This document shows positions 1 to 14,207 of a stretch of 64,000 bases of DNA, in pieces. The stretch is taken from the NCBI GenBank assembly GCA_013265495.1, contig MU058718.1, positions 1,860,001 through 1,924,000 on the forward strand. Direction: 5' to 3'. A model generated the notes under the pieces. That model made no database searches, had not been told where the DNA came from, and saw only the letters and a list, made by a program, of their open reading frames with translations. Source of the stretch: Vicugna vicugna (taxonomy: Eukaryota). Within the stretch, counting starts at the first letter, position 1. The number at the start of each line of letters is the position of its first letter. A program made the position numbers and the translations under genes.

Positions 1-949
1 TTGATATTTATGCTGTTTAAGTGTAAACCTTATCTGAAAATGGATAGTCAGACCCATGGGTAGTCCTTGTTAGAAAAGCACAATTGAATAGAAAAATAAC
101 TCTAAGTGCATTTTTAAATCACCAAATGGTATTGTCACAAAACACATGTTTAAAATAAGCATTAGCTAAACATTTATATGAGATCATTTTCTAAAGCGAT
201 GTGATTTCCTACATGTGATTACCATATTCCCAGTGTACAAGCAAAACCCAACTTTTTCTCCAACCTCCTTAATTTTTGCTGGTTTTTACTTTTCAGATCC
301 ACTGGCACTCTGGGCAAAGAACAGACTTAGTGTCTGAATGGTAGTGGCTTGGGTGCTTTTTAAAAGTTTTTAAGACCCTTCAAAATACTGTATGGCTCAT
401 TGACAATTTAAAGGAGTTCATGAAGATGAAATTGCCATTTTTCTAAGTGTTTTAAGGATTTATGAGATGAACTGATCTCAGTCTTCTTATAGCCTTGATT
501 TTTAAGGTGGTTTTTATGTAGCAGGTATTTCGAGGACTTTCTCTGTGTTTTAGGAAAGACTTGATAGAAATCACTGAATTGTTTGAGGACAGCATTGCTA
601 TAAAATGAAATCCTTCCTCTCAAGGATCAACATTGTTCCTTCCAGTGTAATTTTCCCAGCCACCTAGTGGATTCTTTTATTGAACAGACATTGAATGAGC
701 ACGTGTTATGTCCCACGTGCATGTTAGGCCCTGCTGACTGAATGGAGGCTAGGCTGTGTCATGGCTGCCTTTGAGAAATTCAGCTAAGTGGGAAAGAAAA
801 CATTCCAGGACTGCAGTAGATGTTATCTTTCAACATGTCCCCACTGAGACAGCTGACCGGTAGGGCCTTGCCAATGAAGGAGCCTGGAGTGATCTGCTGC
901 ATTCTTACAGGCATTATTGCTTGTAAGCCTGGCCCATGATTCTGTGAGA

Positions 950-1020
950 AGGCTGTTTTCCTTATTTTACAGATTAGGCACAAAGATTAAATGGGAAAGC
1001 CAGGGTTTGAGCCCGGTTTC
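950..1020 (-). mobile_element. MIR SINE fragment
   Basis: cttattttacagat...ccagggtttgagccc resembles the reverse MIR core. Confidence 0.5.
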
Positions 1021-1297
1021 TTTACTACAAATATGCTATGATACCAAGCAAGATTTTTGTTTCTCTGCTTCATTGTTCCATATTGACCTGAACACATGAA
1101 GGAGAAAACTCACCAAATAGAATTCTGAGCTGCTGAGCCTCTTGAGTGTTCTCTCCCGTAAGATTAGTGGGAAGTCACTTCTTAAAAACTAGTAATCAAT
1201 TCTGTTAGGTAAATTTTTATTCTCAACTCTAGTAAGTCTGTATAGAACTGGTCTTATTGTAATATCTATTCACTTGTTTGACTTCTGTCCTTTCTAG

Positions 1298-1479
1298 TGG
1301 AACTGGATCACAGAATTGATTTCGAGCTCAGAGAAGGCCTTGTGGAGAGCCGCTACTGGTCAGCCGTCACGTCGCATACTGCCTATTGGTCGTCCTTGGA
1401 TGTTGCCCTCTTTCTTTTAACCTTCATGTACAAACACGAGCATGATAATAATGCAAAACCCAATTTAGATCCAATCTGA
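1298..1479 (+). CDS. DDHD1: DDHD1 (phosphatidic acid-preferring phospholipase A1) last coding exon
   Basis: Pyrimidine tract and AG acceptor (cttctgtcctttctag, AG at 1296-1297). The frame reads ELDHRIDFELREGLVESRYWSAVTSHTAYWSSLDVALFLLTFMYKHEHDNNAKPNLDPI-stop, the recognisable DDHD1 C-terminus with the DDHD-domain SHTAYW motif. Synteny with FERMT2 agrees. Confidence 0.96.
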
Positions 1480-4400
1480 ACTCTTGAAGGACGTTAATGG
1501 CCCAAAGCTGATTTTTTTTCTGTTAAAATATGTGTGTCAAGATATGGATGTTTCAGGTTTAAGTATGTTTCAGTTTTGTTTAGGGCAAGAAATATTTGAA
1601 TTTAAAAGCACTTTATTTTTTTTTTAAAAAAACATATGTTAAGTCTAAAGTAAGTAATTTACAATTTTCATCATTTTAATTATGAGTCTGACAAAGCCCC
1701 CTGCAGAGAATCAAGCAAGACCTGGAAGTAAGGATGGTTTGGGTGGACTGCAAAGTTGTAAATCACAGTCTCACTTCTCCCAAATATAAAGGCATCTTAA
1801 TGGGTTGAATCTAACGTGTTAACCAAAATATGTTCTAAATCTAAAATGGTGAAGGTCCAGGGTATTCCGTGTAAAGATCACGAGGTGGTATCATTGTTTT
1901 AGATTTTTATGAAAGCTTCCATTTCCACAGTTCCTTTGAAACTTGAGTATAAGAGATTTAAAATGTCTTGAATTAAACTTGTTTAGAAAAACTAATGCTA
2001 GAAAAGAAACAACATTTGAACTACTGTATTTATAATTTATTACCTCGGACTAATCACTTTATGTCAATGTATGGAACATGACATTTTTTTAAATGTTTCT
2101 TTTGAGTGATTTAAGAACCACATTTGTTTTCTATAGTGTGAAGACCCTTTTTTCTCAGAACTCCATCTTTGTACTCTTCAGATGAATATATAGACACTGT
2201 GGCATAATTTCAGTATTTTTTTCATTAAAAGCTTGTACTTTCACACAAAATAACACTAGTTCAATTATTTTGAAAAAAGTGAACTTTTTTATTACGTCAT
2301 GTAACCTCAGAGAAAGTTAAAGTTTTCTAACTTTGACATGAAGTACCCCATAATAGGTACATTTAATTAACTACTGGAAAATTAGTAAACTTCTTTGGAG
2401 TAGGGAGTATGACAACTATTTAAAATATATTAGCATCTGTGTGCCAAACAATTACCATATAAAGGGGGATGGAGTGCCACTAACAAATTTTATTTGTAAG
2501 TGTTTTAAGAAATCGCAATTGAGACAGAGGCACAATAGCAATAGTTCAGGATTGAGGCGTTGGAAGAGTTTTCTTAGCTGTAGTTTTTTTCCACAGTGCT
2601 TTTCATCTGAGGAGCTCAAAGTGCTTTAAGATTCAATAATGTATGTAGTAACTCCTTGAGGTAAGTAAATGTTATTCTCATGTTACTTGTTAATACACTA
2701 AGGCACCAAAACATTTAAAGTGCCTTGAATTAGATTACAGAGCAAGTCAGAAGAACTCAGATTGAAGACAGGCCATATTCTTTTAGATGATGTTCATTGC
2801 CTAATGATGCACATGTGACCTCTTATTTTTCACACAGTAATAACAGAAGCAAGTTGCAGTTCTTAATTTGGAGAAATGACTGTGAAGCCAGTACTTTACC
2901 CTCCTAGTCATACACATTCCTGGGTTCTCACACAAAGGAGTTACTTCGAGGGGGTCAGTAACCATCTCTGCCACAACCACCCCTCACTTTCGAGTGGCTT
3001 CCACTAGGTTCCACTGAAGGTGCTGTCTTTGCTTATCTTAGCTTCCCCGTGATCACTGTCAAACTGGGAGCATAGTGGGTCAGTCACACATCTCATTCCT
3101 TTCTTTGTAAGATACTAAAATCTTTGGCTTAGTTGTAGGTTCTGCTCAGCACTGTCAGTCCTCTGTTTTGGCCTTTCATTGAATTTGCACAACATAAAGC
3201 ACTCATTTTTTGTGCTTAAAAAGATCCCAAGGCTCCATGCCCAAATATGTGACTCACTAAGAAACCCTTGCTATAAAAGGTTTTGATGTGGTCCTAGCAA
3301 AGCTGAAGCTGTGTCTTTCAAATTTAGAGATTCCTGTGAACTCAGGTCATTTTCATACCCTGTTTATTTTGTAGGTCTGTTCTCATGTCTCCTATGACTG
3401 TCCCATCAAAGGTACTTGAGCATGTGTTGCTGTGGGTGGTATGACACTCATAAAAAGAAACATTCCCATGGCTATAGGAATATGTCACCTTCCCTTTTTT
3501 TTTCATATTGAGGAAAAAGATCAAATTTAACCACATGGAAGTTACTTGAATTCTTGAAAAGAACAACATCCAAAACCCCCTTTACAAAAAGAGACATTCT
3601 GGATTATTGGACCTAGTTTTATTTTCGGCTCATTTCGTCAATAGAGATGGTGACTTTGATTTTGCAGTACTCTTGCTTCCATGTCTCTGCATGTTATCAT
3701 GGAATGTACTTGTATATACTCAAGTAATATACAGAGTATGTGTAATTCTAGCTTGATTTAGAAGCTAAGTCAGTTACTGAGTAACATTTTGCAACTTTAT
3801 TCCAGCAAGCACTAAATTGGCCAAAAAGTTCTGTTTTTGATACCATTAAAATTTTATTCTCTATTTTGTGTACATGCTATGATGATTCTTCTGAGTATTG
3901 ATCAGATCGTTCAAACAATTTTAATCCAGTTAGGTTCCCAAGAGTTATTTAAATTTAGAATAAGAATGTTTTGTTCTTAACTTTATTTTCAGTAGTAATT
4001 ATGCTTATGTTATAATCCAGTGTTGCAGCATATTAGAACATAATTACAAATACCCTCAGTTTCCCAATAACGACTTTATATTGAAGCAAGCCTTAAGAAT
4101 CGTAAGTTTTACTTCCATTAAATGCATCTGTCAGCTTTGGAAATTCTCACACTGAACATGTTCTGTAGAAGCCCTCAGACAGTGACATGTAAACTTCATC
4201 CTCGTTCTCATTTTCCCTCTTTTGTTTCCTTGTTGGGGACTGGAGTGTTCTGGTCTACACGGCATTTAGCACACTGTATCCTGGCTTTGCCTTCCCCTGA
4301 GGAGTAGACAGAGGAAAAGAAACCATCAGTGGAACGTCAGAGCCAATTCCACCCCTCCACCCAGTGATGGCACTTGAGCCCCTTAAAGTGGAGTCAGAGC

Positions 4401-7400
4401 AAACCCAGAGAGTTCACCGTAAGGACTACCGTAGAGGAAAAAATAATTAAATTGCTTTCTGATTAATTAGGTTTGTTAACATTTCTATCTCCTCAGCTGT
4501 AATGAATAAGGCACTTGGATACGAGAAAACTAATCAGAGTGTACATCTTACAATTGTTTTTGAATAATCTTTTGTTAGCATGGAAACGGGGCTAAAAAAA
4601 TGTGATAATTAAAGAAAGGTCAAGGCAGAGCTGGAAAGAGGATGTAGCAATCATTTACTGGAGAAAGAACTAGAATTTAACCAAACAGTCTGAGTGTTAA
4701 CAGTTGAATTCTGTGGTTATTCTCAAGCATCTCTTATCCAGATTCTGCTGTCATCCCTGGGCCTCAAACCTCTGCCAGGAATCGGATGGTACTCTGGCTG
4801 AATTTAAAACACATGCATTAAATATTTTTATGGTTAGGTATGGGCAATATACACAATTTCCTAATGTTTTATAATAATTTACCTACATAGGAAAACTACG
4901 GCTATATCTACAGCAGACTTGGCAAAGAGGCACCCCCACTGCACACTCAACCCCTAGGATGGGTCTAGGAAGGCTGTATGACTCACTCTGTCTCCCTACA
5001 GTCTCTTTTTGCATTAGTTGAGGGGGAAGGAAGTTGTCAAGGAAATATTTATAGTTTTGAGCTGGAAGCAGTGTGCAGAGTGGCAGGATATAAAACTTCA
5101 TCTCAAAGTTCTCATTTAGTGAACGCTGGTGCCAGCAGGATAACCGCCTGGGTTATGTGCAGCCTGTTTTAGTCTTCATTGGATGTTTGTGATAATTTTC
5201 AAAGGATCCTAAAATTTCTGGGTTTGTGCAGATTTTAGAGGTCAGCTAGTCCACTGCTGTTTTAGTTTCATGTGAGCTTGTTTAAATAGCATAAAGGTCA
5301 TGAAAAGTAAAGTGCGGGGTGGCATGTTCAGTTCAGCCCAAAGACTTACTGAAAGACTACACAGCAGCAGAAGAGGGAAGTTGATGGAGTCTCTATAGAA
5401 AGATATTAACGATAGAATTCTAAAGCTAGACGAGGGATAGAGAGCATCATTTTCCAAAACATGTTCTGCAGATCGTTCAAAAAATAAGTTTGGGAAATAC
5501 CAAATTCAGGAGATTCCTTTACAGCAGGACTTCAGGGGACTTCAGTGCATTAAATGCATTGTGAATCTCTCCGGTGCTGTGAGGGTGGAAGATGGGGGTG
5601 GTTTCCAAACTCATTTAACCAGACTTTCTTTATATGAATATACTTAGAGAAATACTGTCACATTTAATTCCTATATTTTACAGAGATTTACCCCTTCTTT
5701 TTACTAGTGACCACTCCTGCCATGTAAGATCACGTGGCCAGCCAATGGCAGAGTCCGAATTAGGACCTAGTCCCCGGAGTCTCAGCTTTTGTCTTATGCC
5801 ATACTGCCTGTTTCACCCTTTTCCTTCCCATAAAACGCAGGGAGCACCTAAAGGGCAGAAACTCCCTGTGTCTGGTCGTGTGTGCTTCTTCCCATCCCCT
5901 CCCCCAGCCCTCTAGTGTAACCTGATGCGTTACAAGCTGCAAGCTCTTGAAGGGTGTCTCTAGGCTTGAGAGTTCCCCGATTGGTCCCCTTTGTTCCCAG
6001 GCGTATAGGGCAGGACAGACTTCCTTTCTTGTCTCAGATTCAAACTACCCAGGATAAAGAAAAGCAAAAAAATGAAAAAAAATTAAATTTAAAAAATGCA
6101 CAGGAAGCATTGTGTTAGTTTTCCACTCTGTTGACAAATGCAAACTTGGTAGGGAAACAAGTTGCACAGTGTTAAATAATGTTTAATATTCCTTTTGTTT
6201 CCTTTCCATACTGTTTACATGTTGACCTTTTATCAGTTCACAAGTACGGCCCTTCTAAAACTGTTCCAACATTGGTTAACTAATACACATTTCTAAATTT
6301 AAGTACTATACTTTGTGGAGAATAGAAGAAGAGTTTTTGCTGGTATGTATGTGTGTTTTCCCCCCAAACAGTCTCTTGGCAGATAGGATGAGCTTTTCCC
6401 CTGCCTTTGTGTTTGGATAGGGGTGGGAGTGCACTTAGTATTGTCTGTTACCTTACGGTTTTTCACTTACGTGTAACAGGGTGCGACTTCCTTCCTTCCC
6501 ACTACAGTGTCAGGATGTGTTCAGAAGCTATTCTTCAGGGAGATTACATCTGACCTGTTGGAGTAAGACGAGAAACAAGTATGTTAATACTTCACCTCTA
6601 ATGCCCTCTCCTGGAAGACATCAAGTATCTATGGGTGTCATTCATACCTTCCCTTGACTACACCCATACCCACTGCCATCTCCTTGGTCTCTGAAAATAT
6701 TTGATTCCCTGTGAGCTTTGTGAGAGAAAAGTATAACCATTTTTTGGTTCTAAGGCTGTGGTGGTAAATCCAAACTCTGCCTGTAAGAGTCTGGGGAGTT
6801 TTTTGCTTTTTGCTCGTAGATACATTTCTCAGAGGCGAAACAGTATGACGCCCTTGAGAGCCTTATGTTGTTTCCTTTCTTTTAGCTTCTGTCACCTCTT
6901 CTTGTGTTCACCCTCCCGGCAGTACTAAGTACTGCCAGCGACTGCAGTAACAACTCATAGAAGGGGGCCCCTCTCTTTTTCCTTTCCTGTGTCACCTCTC
7001 ATTTTCAATAGTCAAGGCAGATTAGCTTTCTCAGAATGGTCGATTTTAGTGAAGCCTTTTTCCTGTTTTATCTCTGCAGTGATCAGCTTGGATGGCAAAA
7101 AAAACACGTAACTTTCATTTTAGAATTGTCCAATTTTGATTTTTCTCGTTTGGAACTAGTGGATGCGCATTTAATCATTTCAAGGAAGGGAGGTAAATGC
7201 TGTTCTCCCCTGGATTACACTGTTTCTCGGGCTGAACTGATCCATTCATTAGCTCACTCACCGAAAGCCAGTAATTGTGCCCTGTGGCAAACAGCCTCAG
7301 CGAGTGGGCTTTCTAAGCGTTCTTGGGAACGCAGTCCTGATCTTTGTTTATGGTAATCCAGAAAGTTTACGAAGAGTGAAAGTATTTACCTGTTCACGAG

Positions 7401-8848
7401 CAGTGGCCACCACACCACACACTAGGAGGGTTGGTGGCCCCTGTGACACACTGGCTCCCTCAAACGTGAGAGGATGAAGTACAGGTATAGGAAGAGATGG
7501 GCATGTTCTGATTTTGTAGAGTACCCTCCATTCACATTTGTTGATCCAGGGTTCAAGAGATGACCACAGTTTTCAAGCTTTTAGGCTAATCTGAATACAT
7601 GATAACTGATAGAAAATTAACTCCAAGAACCCGTGAAAACTGGGACCAACAACTACTACATTTCCACTTAACTTCCCATTTCCTCACCCTTTGGTTGGTG
7701 CCAGACTGACTGAAAAGTAGGGTTTTAGGTGTATGTTGTAAGAATCCAAAATTCCAGTGCTGGACAGAAGTAATTCCCTCAAGCGGTATTGACTTTAGAT
7801 TGAGAAATAAATGGCCAGGATGTAGGGACTACATTTAGCTTTGAGATGGGACAGTGTGTGAACTGGAAAAAGAAAAGGCAAAGGCGGGGAAGGAAAGAGA
7901 CTTGGTGCGTGGTCATGGAAGTCTGACAGCTTAGACCTCTCATCTTCTGAGAAAGGCGGGTGAGAGGGTGGCATGGCTGTGATCACAACTTTTCCTCAAC
8001 TGAAGCCCTGTGATGGCGCCATTTGTCAGTGGAGGCTCCCTACAACCCAGCCCAGCCTAACTCTCAGGCCTGGTCTCTGATACGTATGTCCAGCATTTCT
8101 GTCACAGCAAACTACACAGGGCATGCATTTTAGTTACTGTAGTGGTTCCCTGTTGGATTTGTCTACTCAGCATCCTATTTCTCCTCCTCTGGTGTCCTCT
8201 CCTCCCCATCTCCTTATGAAGTACTGTCCTTGTGCTGCCTATGGTTCTAAGTTGCTAATCCTATAAAAGTCTTGCAACCTTTCCCACCCTTGGTTAAAAT
8301 TATTTTGTTTCATATGAGTCCCTGTTATTAATACAGCACTGTCTGTACCATGGCCAGGCAATGTACATGTCTCAGGTCAGACCATATTTCCCGCCTAATG
8401 ATCCAGAGAGTTTAGCCCAGAGTTAGGCACGTGCCCCAGACTAGAGGCCTTCCATAGGATTTACCTGTAAGCGCAGATAGTCTTCTGTAGCTATTAAATA
8501 CAGTCTGGTGGCGCGTGGTGTGATGTGAGCGTGCAACCACCTGCAGTCGGACTCCACCCCTTCCTCCTGCAGCATGGGTGATGTCCATGTGCTGTGGGAG
8601 AGAGGGAAGCAGACACACAGGAGCAGAGCCAAGGGTCCTGGAGAACTGAAGCAGACGCCACCCCCGCATTTCCCCATTCCACTTTCCTTGTATTTGCTCA
8701 CGCAACTTTGAGATGGGTTTCTGTCTCTTGGATCCAGAAGAGTTCAAATTAATCATTTGACCGAATATAATCCTCACATCCTTCTGTCTCTGAGGACTTT
8801 TGAAGACTCTCCTCCGTCCTCTGGTTGAAATTAATAACTGTGAGTCCC

Positions 8849-9210
8849 TGTCATAGTCCATTTGGGCTGCTGTAGCAAAAATACCATGAGCTGGGTGGCT
8901 TACAAACAGTAAACATTCCTCTCAGCTCTGGAGGCTGGGAAGCCCAAGATCATGGCACCGGCAGATTCGGTGTCTGGTGAGAGTCCATGTCCTCACTGAG
9001 TGCCGACTTCTCACTGCAGCCTCACACGAAGAAGGGGCAGAAGGGACAAGGGAGCGCTCAGGGTCTCTTTTATAAGGGGGCTAATCCCATTCATGAGGGC
9101 TCTACCTTCATGACCTAATCACCTCCCAAAGGCCTCACCTCTAAACACTAGCTCATTGGAGATTATGTCTCAACATATGAATTTAGGGGAGACATATTCA
9201 GTCCATAGCA
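8849..9210 (-). mobile_element. MaLR solo LTR (MLT1A-like)
   Basis: TG...CA termini, 362 bp, typical reverse MLT1A motifs (tgggtggcttacaaaca, tctggaggctgggaag, gacctaatcacctcccaaaggcc). 5-bp TSD gtccc/ctccc. Confidence 0.85.
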
Positions 9211-10769
9211 CTCCCTTTAATAATGTGTACCTCAATAGCTGCATGGGTTTCATTTTGCCTTGATTTGGGGTTTGATTACCTATGTCTTTTTCATTTGTTT
9301 ACAAGCTCTTGAAAGGTAGAGAATGTACCTTAATCATCGGACCCTCCATAGGGCACCACATTGTAGGGGTTTAAATTTAATGACTCATACTCTACCAGGC
9401 TCTATTCTAACTGCTAGGAATAACCATGAATTTATAAATATAAAAATCCTTGCTTTCATGGCGTATACATTCTAGTAGGAAAATTATGTGACCAAAACTC
9501 CTGGAAATTACAGAGTTGGGAGAGGCCCTGAGAAAAGACAAACTACCTGGAACCAAGGGGCTTAGACAGAAGGGATTTGGCTTTTTCCACAACCAAAGAA
9601 AGCAGTCAATAGTTCCTATAATGCAGAAGAAGAGTGGGATGTGTATGTCAGGGTGGACTTGAAACTAGAACTTGGGTATACTTTATTAAAAGACTTGTAT
9701 TTAACTGTATCTAACAAAAATACTGAACTAGATTTTGCTAACTTCTCCCCAACTTGTACTCCATAGTGACTCAGTGGTGTTTCCTATGGAGACCAGAAAG
9801 TATCTCCTCCTTGCCATATGCTGTTCCCCAAACTCATAAGCTGTTCCCCAAACATAACAGTGCATGTTCACATCTCTCCACCTTTGCACGTGCTGTCCCC
9901 TCACCCTAGGACATGTTCTACTTTTTTCCCACTTATTGAACTTTCAGTTAGTTTGACATCAGTAATCACTGCCTTAGGATTAGGAAAAGGAACTTTCCAG
10001 TGCTTTCCCAGTTCCTTCCACCTGCAGAGTGTTTTCTCTCTATACCAGACAATCATTTGCAGTTGACACTCTGCAGCTGAAACATAAGAGGAAAGCAAAG
10101 GAGGAAAAGACGGGCTTAATGGAAAATGGTAGTTGGTCAATTAATTTGCTTTTGTGAGAGACATTGGAAAGTTCTTTTGTGTTTTGTTTATATAGAAGGG
10201 GATGCATTCCAAGTTTCATGTAAATAGCTATCAGCTTTGGGACCACAGATTTTTAGGAGGGTGAGGAGCACCAGTTTATACCTATAGGTAAATGCACAAA
10301 GTTTGGTGTCAGTCCTTACACAAAGCTTTTGCTTCTGATGGGTGACCGACCACGTGCAGTACTAAGGATGACGTGTGTGGGGATGGGATGCCACAGACTG
10401 GCCAAGGGGAGGGGCTGCTCCCACAGGCAGGGACAGTCAAAGTGACCTAGGCGGTGGGAACAGCTGAGGCATCTTGTTTGGGGCTGTCTGACTCCTCAGA
10501 GTAACCCCAAGATGGAGAACATTCCGGTTTGACACATCAAAGCCTGGGAATTTTTCTCAGCTAGATCTAGGGCTGTAAAGATTTGCTCCCTCCACCTATC
10601 TTGAAGGTTTCTCTGCTCATTTTTTCCCCTTTCAGCTATAAGAAGATTTAAGGATACGTCTGTATGCATAGGAGTGGAACCTCCCTAGCTTGCCGAATTT
10701 ATTAAGTCCTCAATCGTGCGACTTCTATTACAATCATTGTTAACATTTACCAGTTTGCTCTCTCCCTGG

Positions 10770-10940
10770 CGCTGTCCCAGGTGCTCTAGGTGTGTTCCCT
10801 CACTGAAAGTTCACGATGCCCTCCTGAGGTAAACAGTGTTGTCAGGCCTTATTTTTCAACAAGGAAGTCAGGACACAGACGATTTAGGTAACCAGACCCC
10901 GGTCACACAGCTACAGGATGATAGTGGAGCTGCGGTGTGT
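10770..10940 (-). mobile_element. MIR SINE
   Basis: cctcctgaggtaaacagtgtt...ccttatttttcaacaaggaagtcaggacacag...ggtcacacagct matches the reverse MIR core. Confidence 0.6.
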
Positions 10941-11899
10941 GGGCGCGCTCCCCCAGCGATGCACGGGAGAATGTTCAAGAAGGGCCTCCGGACCAGACTC
11001 CATGTCACTATCTGTAGGTAAGAGCCTGAGGATTGTAACTCAGCCAAAATTCTAGCTTTCTCCCCTGCCTGAGGTCTCGGTGGCTGGTAAAAATTAGCCA
11101 CAGGGCTCGAAAGTAGAATAAAAATGAGCACATTTCCCTAAAAGAGATCCCACCCTGCTTTGCCTCCCTCAAGGCTCTGGGCTGATGACTGACGTCTTGA
11201 CAGGTGAGCTGCCTGATGAGGATAGCCTTATCTGTATTCCTTTCAGTATGTGCTGCAGCTAAATATTCTCACCCAGGAATAAAATAATCCTGGGAATGGT
11301 CAATTCACATTTCCTACGTTTAAGAAGGCTGAAGATACCCTGTTTTGCAATCTGTTATAATCATCCTGGAACCACATTTTTAATGGTATGAACTCACGTG
11401 CAGAATTCAGACGTTGAAATCTTTCAGACAGTTCCCTAGAACTTCCACATACATGTATAAAGGCATTCAGAGTCTCAGTCCTACAGAGGTCCCTAAGGAA
11501 CTATAAATCTTACATGAAAACTGTCATCAAAAGGAACTAGAATTCCCTTTAAATCATGTTTTGCATTTCCCTAAGAGGCTTGGCAGACTCAGATGTCCAC
11601 TTATCTAAGATCTGCTGAGTCCTCTAACCGCAGAATTTAAGAATACTACGGCAAATTTCAAGACCCGGGAGCATGGTCATGTTTGTAAAAAGTATTCTTC
11701 ACATGACTTATTTCACACAATTTCTATTAATATAAGGAGAATCATGAAACGTGTCACATCATTTTCTTAGACTTGAAAATGCTCTCCTAGCCTTATAGGC
11801 CGTTTACCTAGTTTGCTTCCCATTTTGCCTCACCTTTCATTAATTTCTCATGTATAAATAGTTAATATTTATGATCTAAGAAGTTGCCGTTATAATGGG

Positions 11900-11905
11900 A
11901 ATAAA
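11900..11905 (+). terminator. Candidate distal polyadenylation signal of DDHD1
   Basis: AATAAA with an upstream TGTA element (~11851), AU-rich context and pyrimidine-rich downstream sequence. Confidence 0.4.
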
Positions 11906-13439
11906 AGGCAAGTGATACATTTTACCATCTCTCTGTCACCATTCTCTCTTCAGAAAGGTCTAATTGCATCATTTTGGCAACACTCTTAATGCTGAGCAAA
12001 CCAGTGAGATCATTGAATCAAACAACAATCCCATTCACAGCTCATCTTTATACTTTATTAACTAAGTTTTGCAGCCGGGTCTCTGCCTTGATAATTAAAC
12101 ATTTCGTCATCCATGTGCCTTTAACTCCATTGCTTAAAACTTGCCCCACGTTTTCACTTTTCGCCTTTGTCCTACTTTTTGGTATGTCACTAAACAGGCT
12201 GAGCATTCAGTAAACTGTATGCTATTCAAATTCTTGCATAACATTCTAGTTGAGAACACAGTAGTCTTTTTGTTGCAGAGGGACGGGCTAAAGAACGTTC
12301 TCATTTATGCTGTGGCAGAAAGCCTCAGATGTTAGCAAGGTATGTGTATCATACTGCTATACATGTTTTAAATATTTTACATGAATCAGCTCTTAATTAC
12401 ACACGATATTGAGGAGAAAAGTATGGACTAAAACAAAATGATGAAAACAGTACTTGGAAATGTAATCCAAAAATATACTCAGATATATGTCAACACATAT
12501 TTGTCTCCTAATTAATTCAGTAACTAACGTAGGCTCTTTCTCAGCTCTCCCCACGTTAGTTACACCAGGGTGATGGGAGGAAGTGCCCAGGTTGCTGCAG
12601 ATAAGCAACTGGTTTCCAAGTCTTGACTGACCTTTAGCGAGTGACCATTTGGCAACGGTGGCATTAAAGACAGCTTTTAAGTATATTAGATATTTATTTT
12701 AAAACTTGATAGTCCTCTAGCTGGAACACCAGTGTGCCCAGGTATGCAACTCGGTAGTATTCACAGTAAAACATTCTTTCTCAGGATCTTTGCCTTCCAT
12801 AATCAATTCACACACTGCCCTTCCTGTTTGCACCCTGGTGCCAGGGCTTCCTGAGAACATCAGTAGAGAACTTATTTACAGCAGTGGTTTATCTAAAATT
12901 TATAGTCTAAAGCCCCTTGGGCAGACAAATGCCATTGATCCCAATGTAACATTCAGGAAGTCACTGATCCAAGTACCATATTCAGCAAATTCCCAGGCAT
13001 GACCAAACTTGCTGGAAAACCAAAAAGGGAAAATCTGGGAAGCAGGCCAAGATCCTGGGTGTCATTGTACAGCATTCAAGCCAACTCTGGTTTCAAAATT
13101 CTTTTAAGATTGTTACTCCATGATTGGAATGCATTCCACAGTACTTGGCCACAGATCATTACACAAGAAATAGACTGCAGTTTTGTGCTTCCATACTGAA
13201 GGCTTTTTGCAATAGGAACATTTAATTGTTGGTAGAAAGATTTGTTTTTGAATTTTCTTAAAATCTACTGGTGAAGCATTACTAAATAGTAGATATAAAA
13301 CTGAGTTAATATTTTCTATCAAATATAATCTTGGACTAATCTCTTATTCTGTCTTCTCTGCCTATTTCCAAAGATGCTGTGAAGAATTAACAAGAAAACA
13401 TTTTATTTAAGACATTGTTATAAGCACAAGGAAGACATT

Positions 13440-14207
13440 ATTCAAAAGACATGGACAAGAAATGCTAAGCCTTCAATGATAAGCTTTAACAAGTGAGTAA
13501 TAGTATCCCTAAATAATCTATTGATGTGATGCAACCTCAATAAAAACGCAACAGGATTTATTTTTTAGGACCAACACACTATTTCTCAAATTCATATTGG
13601 AAAAAATAAACAAGAATAGCCAGGAAATTTCTTAGGGGAGAGAGGAGTAATAAGGGTAATTAGACCTACCATAGAGTGAAACATAGTATAAAACTACTAT
13701 GATCAAAAACTAATAGTGAATGAAGAGACAAGAGAGTCCAATGAAATAAATTAGAAAGCCCAGAAAGGTGTCAAATAAATGTAGTCTATGGTAAAGATGA
13801 CATTTTAAATCATTCGGTGAGAAGAATCTAAATTAAAGGTATGAGATACTACTTTTCCCCTATTAAGGTTAACAAAGTTCAAAAAGCTTGACAACATGCT
13901 CTGTTGGTCAGAGTACTAGGAAGCAGGCACTCTCAAATGTTTGCTAGTGGAGACATGACTGGGAGCAACCCCTTTGGCGGGCAGTTTGGCAGTAGCTGTC
14001 AAAACTGCAAATGCCCATAACCTTTGACACAACAGTTCTGCTTCTATAAATGTATCCTTCAAATCTTCTCACACGTGCAAAATGACCTACGTATAAATTA
14101 ATTTCACTGCAGAATTGTTTGCAACAACAAAAGATTAAAACCAATGTAAATATCCATTGATTGGCATTGATTAAATAAGTAATGGTACCTCCAAAAAGTG
14201 GAATGAT
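13440..14207 (+). mobile_element. Old L1 (L1M) ORF2/3' remnant
   Basis: A-rich, with degenerate ORF2 hallmarks (ctcaaattcatattgg, caagaatagccagg, ggcagtttggcagtagctgtcaaaa). Confidence 0.7.

Larger units (their letters stand above)
1480..11927 (+). other. DDHD1: DDHD1 3' UTR (long form; 3' end inferred)
   Basis: AU-rich sequence after the stop codon. Candidate poly(A) signals are ATTAAA 2224-2229, ATTAAA 3845-3850 and AATAAA 11900-11905. The distal end is an inference. Confidence 0.5.
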
